Below the pieces are notes generated by a model, which was not told where the DNA came from, did not search any database, and saw only the letters and a list, made by a program, of their open reading frames with translations. This document shows, in pieces, positions 63,101 through 64,000 of a stretch of DNA of 64,000 nt. The stretch's first letter is position 1; each line of letters begins with the position of its first letter. Both the position numbers and the translations under genes were made by a program. The stretch is from Thecamonas trahens ATCC 50062 (lineage: Eukaryota > Protista > Apusomonadida), in assembly GCF_000142905.1 (NCBI RefSeq), contig NW_013657651.1:62001-126000 (forward strand), in the 5' to 3' direction.

Positions 63101-64000
63101 ACCGTCTGGCGCATCTCGGCCTGGCTGCGGCAGCACTGTGGCTACTCGAGGCTGGTGCCGATCCGACTCTTGCCGACAGCACTGGAAAGACAACGCTCCA
63201 CGTCGCGGCTCGATCGGTAGCGACGTCAGAAATGGTGGCGACGTTCATTCCCGCGCTACTGCAAGCCAGCGGCTCGGCCCAGTACGTCAACTTGCGCGAC
63301 GGCGCGGGGCGGACGGCGCTGCACTATGCGGTGCTGGCCGGCTCGACCCCGACGATCCAGCTGCTGACTGCAGCAGGAGCGTCCGCGGTGAAGGACAATG
63401 ACGGCCTCTCGCCGTATGATCTGGTGCTGGACGCTGGCGAGGGCGGCGAGGCTGGCGGCGGGGGGAACGGGGCCAGCCCCGGGCCGGGTGGCCTCGGCAC
63501 CGTGCTAGTAGGCTCGGCAGCCGCCGGGCAAGAAGCGCGGCTTCGCGTTGCGCAGTGGCAGCGAATGTTTGATCAGCTCAAGGGTATGATCACGCTGGTA
63601 GTAGCAACGATCCAGCTGGCGGCGTTTGCGCTCGAGCTCGAGCTCGCGTGGCACTCGTCGGCGCAGGTGGCGGTGGACATTGCAGCTGCGCCACTACTTG
63701 CAGCCGCGCTGAGAAACGTCAACTTTGCGCTGCTGTTCTGGGCGGTGGCGAGCGGGCTCTTGCTCTTTACGCTCGCGTTCTGCTTCCGACGGTTCCGGCT
63801 TCACAAGATCGGGGCGGTGCTCACCTGGCTCTGCGCTGACATTCTGTTTGTCCCACTGCTGCGGGTGCTCGTTGCCAACTTTCGGTGCACCGATGGCGAG
63901 GTGGCGGCGGCGCCCAGCCAAGCCTGCTTTACAGGCTCGCACACGTACATGCTACTTGGCGCGACGGGGATGCTTGCTCTGTACATCCCGCTCACCTTTC
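60193..64000 (+). CDS. Long ankyrin-repeat protein with a C-terminal multipass membrane domain (3' partial; absent from the ORF track)
   Basis: Frame 1 appears open from ATG 60193 to the window end. GKTALH, GRTALH, GATALHYAA, GATPLHFAA, GLTPLH and GRTALHYAV repeats; TM segments from about 63580. Confidence 0.88.
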   Translation, partial: MATTDDRGHTRRSGVGWGMGSREGASTPRVVAELAGLFADIQAAAGPAGGASLRDTAGLLSRTRTVLRALAGTSLYAPRRGAGLIGASRASGLRGDSDADIAAASAARTMFRALDSSPPIRCPPNDPRLLIVAAAAANIPDLLELLADCDAPLEAAEAESGKTALHAAADLLALDALAMLLELGAMVDVADAQGRTALHVVAAAHEVDAVSGARRAIELLVGAGASVSARDAAGCTPVAAAAAAGHPAAIALLARYAPGSSSIADARGCHPLHAALLLAPTHTSVETVSELLNSGADVDAPFAPLEPDDPLTGYSPLQLAVAIVPESDYQEALVGVLLRSGASKDSLDPTIPPPLCLAVNAGRARTLAYLVQMGVDVNAADAHGATALHYAARTGAIAMATALLDAGADPNASTLSYPLHLRVSTVSIPTHLWQQVDGATPLHFAAARELEPLVEALVGAGGNLALRSAAGNTAADLATSSSRIHELVLSVFQLPPPWADRVHPPDDFANHMAAAIPSKAMARVALSHELYTLVAAAPLEPTPMEQTIIPQALDLVAAGASVSAVDASAVPLLFAVIRKLPKRHARTPTHVRAATALVAALLWRSELDDVEPWPLASEQLDGQPSSIAPGALRASLSSDALAALNLDDVDNSSGEAQTLVHLAAAYDMEALVVALVGLGASFDARNGLGYTPVDVAAGAQSSYALAALLAVGASVTCELSRVEATLGAVGASARLVHELVTRHGAGPPGAGELSLGPVAFESAMVNALLARDHELVRLLLAPPISVDVHATVEWSAELPVRSRTSLLLLAALLADHIAMIELLRAGADPRAADANGLTPLHALVVQNSMASQRGIDLLLGAERPAVNATDLHGLAPIHYLVDAQLWDPDSLRAFKPALREARLNALLSAGADPNTPTNSGETPLGRTLIGSAGSTEQSGFLAAQSRIASMLLQAGADPNARDADGRTILHRLAHLGLAAAALWLLEAGADPTLADSTGKTTLHVAARSVATSEMVATFIPALLQASGSAQYVNLRDGAGRTALHYAVLAGSTPTIQLLTAAGASAVKDNDGLSPYDLVLDAGEGGEAGGGGNGASPGPGGLGTVLVGSAAAGQEARLRVAQWQRMFDQLKGMITLVVATIQLAAFALELELAWHSSAQVAVDIAAAPLLAAALRNVNFALLFWAVASGLLLFTLAFCFRRFRLHKIGAVLTWLCADILFVPLLRVLVANFRCTDGEVAAAPSQACFTGSHTYMLLGATGMLALYIPLTF

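Noticed and set aside
1024-63995. Many long antisense or alternate-frame ORFs (e.g. 3352-4740, 6678-8096, 38945-40612, 51736-53430)
   Set aside because: Shadow ORFs of GC3-rich genes, with no independent motifs.
1-64000. tRNA, rRNA or transposable elements
   Set aside because: No cloverleaf, rRNA signature, transposase/RT motif or terminal repeat was recognised by eye. A tRNAscan or Infernal run would be needed to exclude small RNAs.

Overview
GC-rich, gene-dense, intron-poor eukaryotic (protist) scaffold with three 100-N assembly gaps. Composition and gene content are suggestive of an apusomonad such as Thecamonas, but that is inference only. About 27 protein-coding genes: a membrane metallophosphoesterase, a secretory-pathway atypical kinase-like protein, NIPA/ZC3HC1, a coiled-coil protein ending in a kinesin-3 DUF3694-like domain, an alpha/beta hydrolase, a neurobeachin-like protein lacking BEACH, an Ank-WGR-SWIM-F-box-LamG-TKL kinase, CHFR, an F-box/LRR protein, a putative 4E-T/Pat1-like eIF4E-binding protein, cycloartenol synthase, a GFA protein, eIF2B-delta, YbeY, exportin-T, GCFC/PAXBP1, exportin-4, GTPBP1, an ATP-citrate lyase subunit, an F-box/ankyrin protein, uL22m, a secreted Kelch protein, a 58-aa membrane microprotein and an ankyrin multipass membrane protein that runs off the end. 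At least 9 reading-frame breaks in otherwise intact genes all need exactly one extra base, mostly in a homopolymer. These are most likely sequencing undercalls. No rRNA, tRNA, CRISPR array or recognisable transposon was seen. All family calls come from motif recognition, not database searches.
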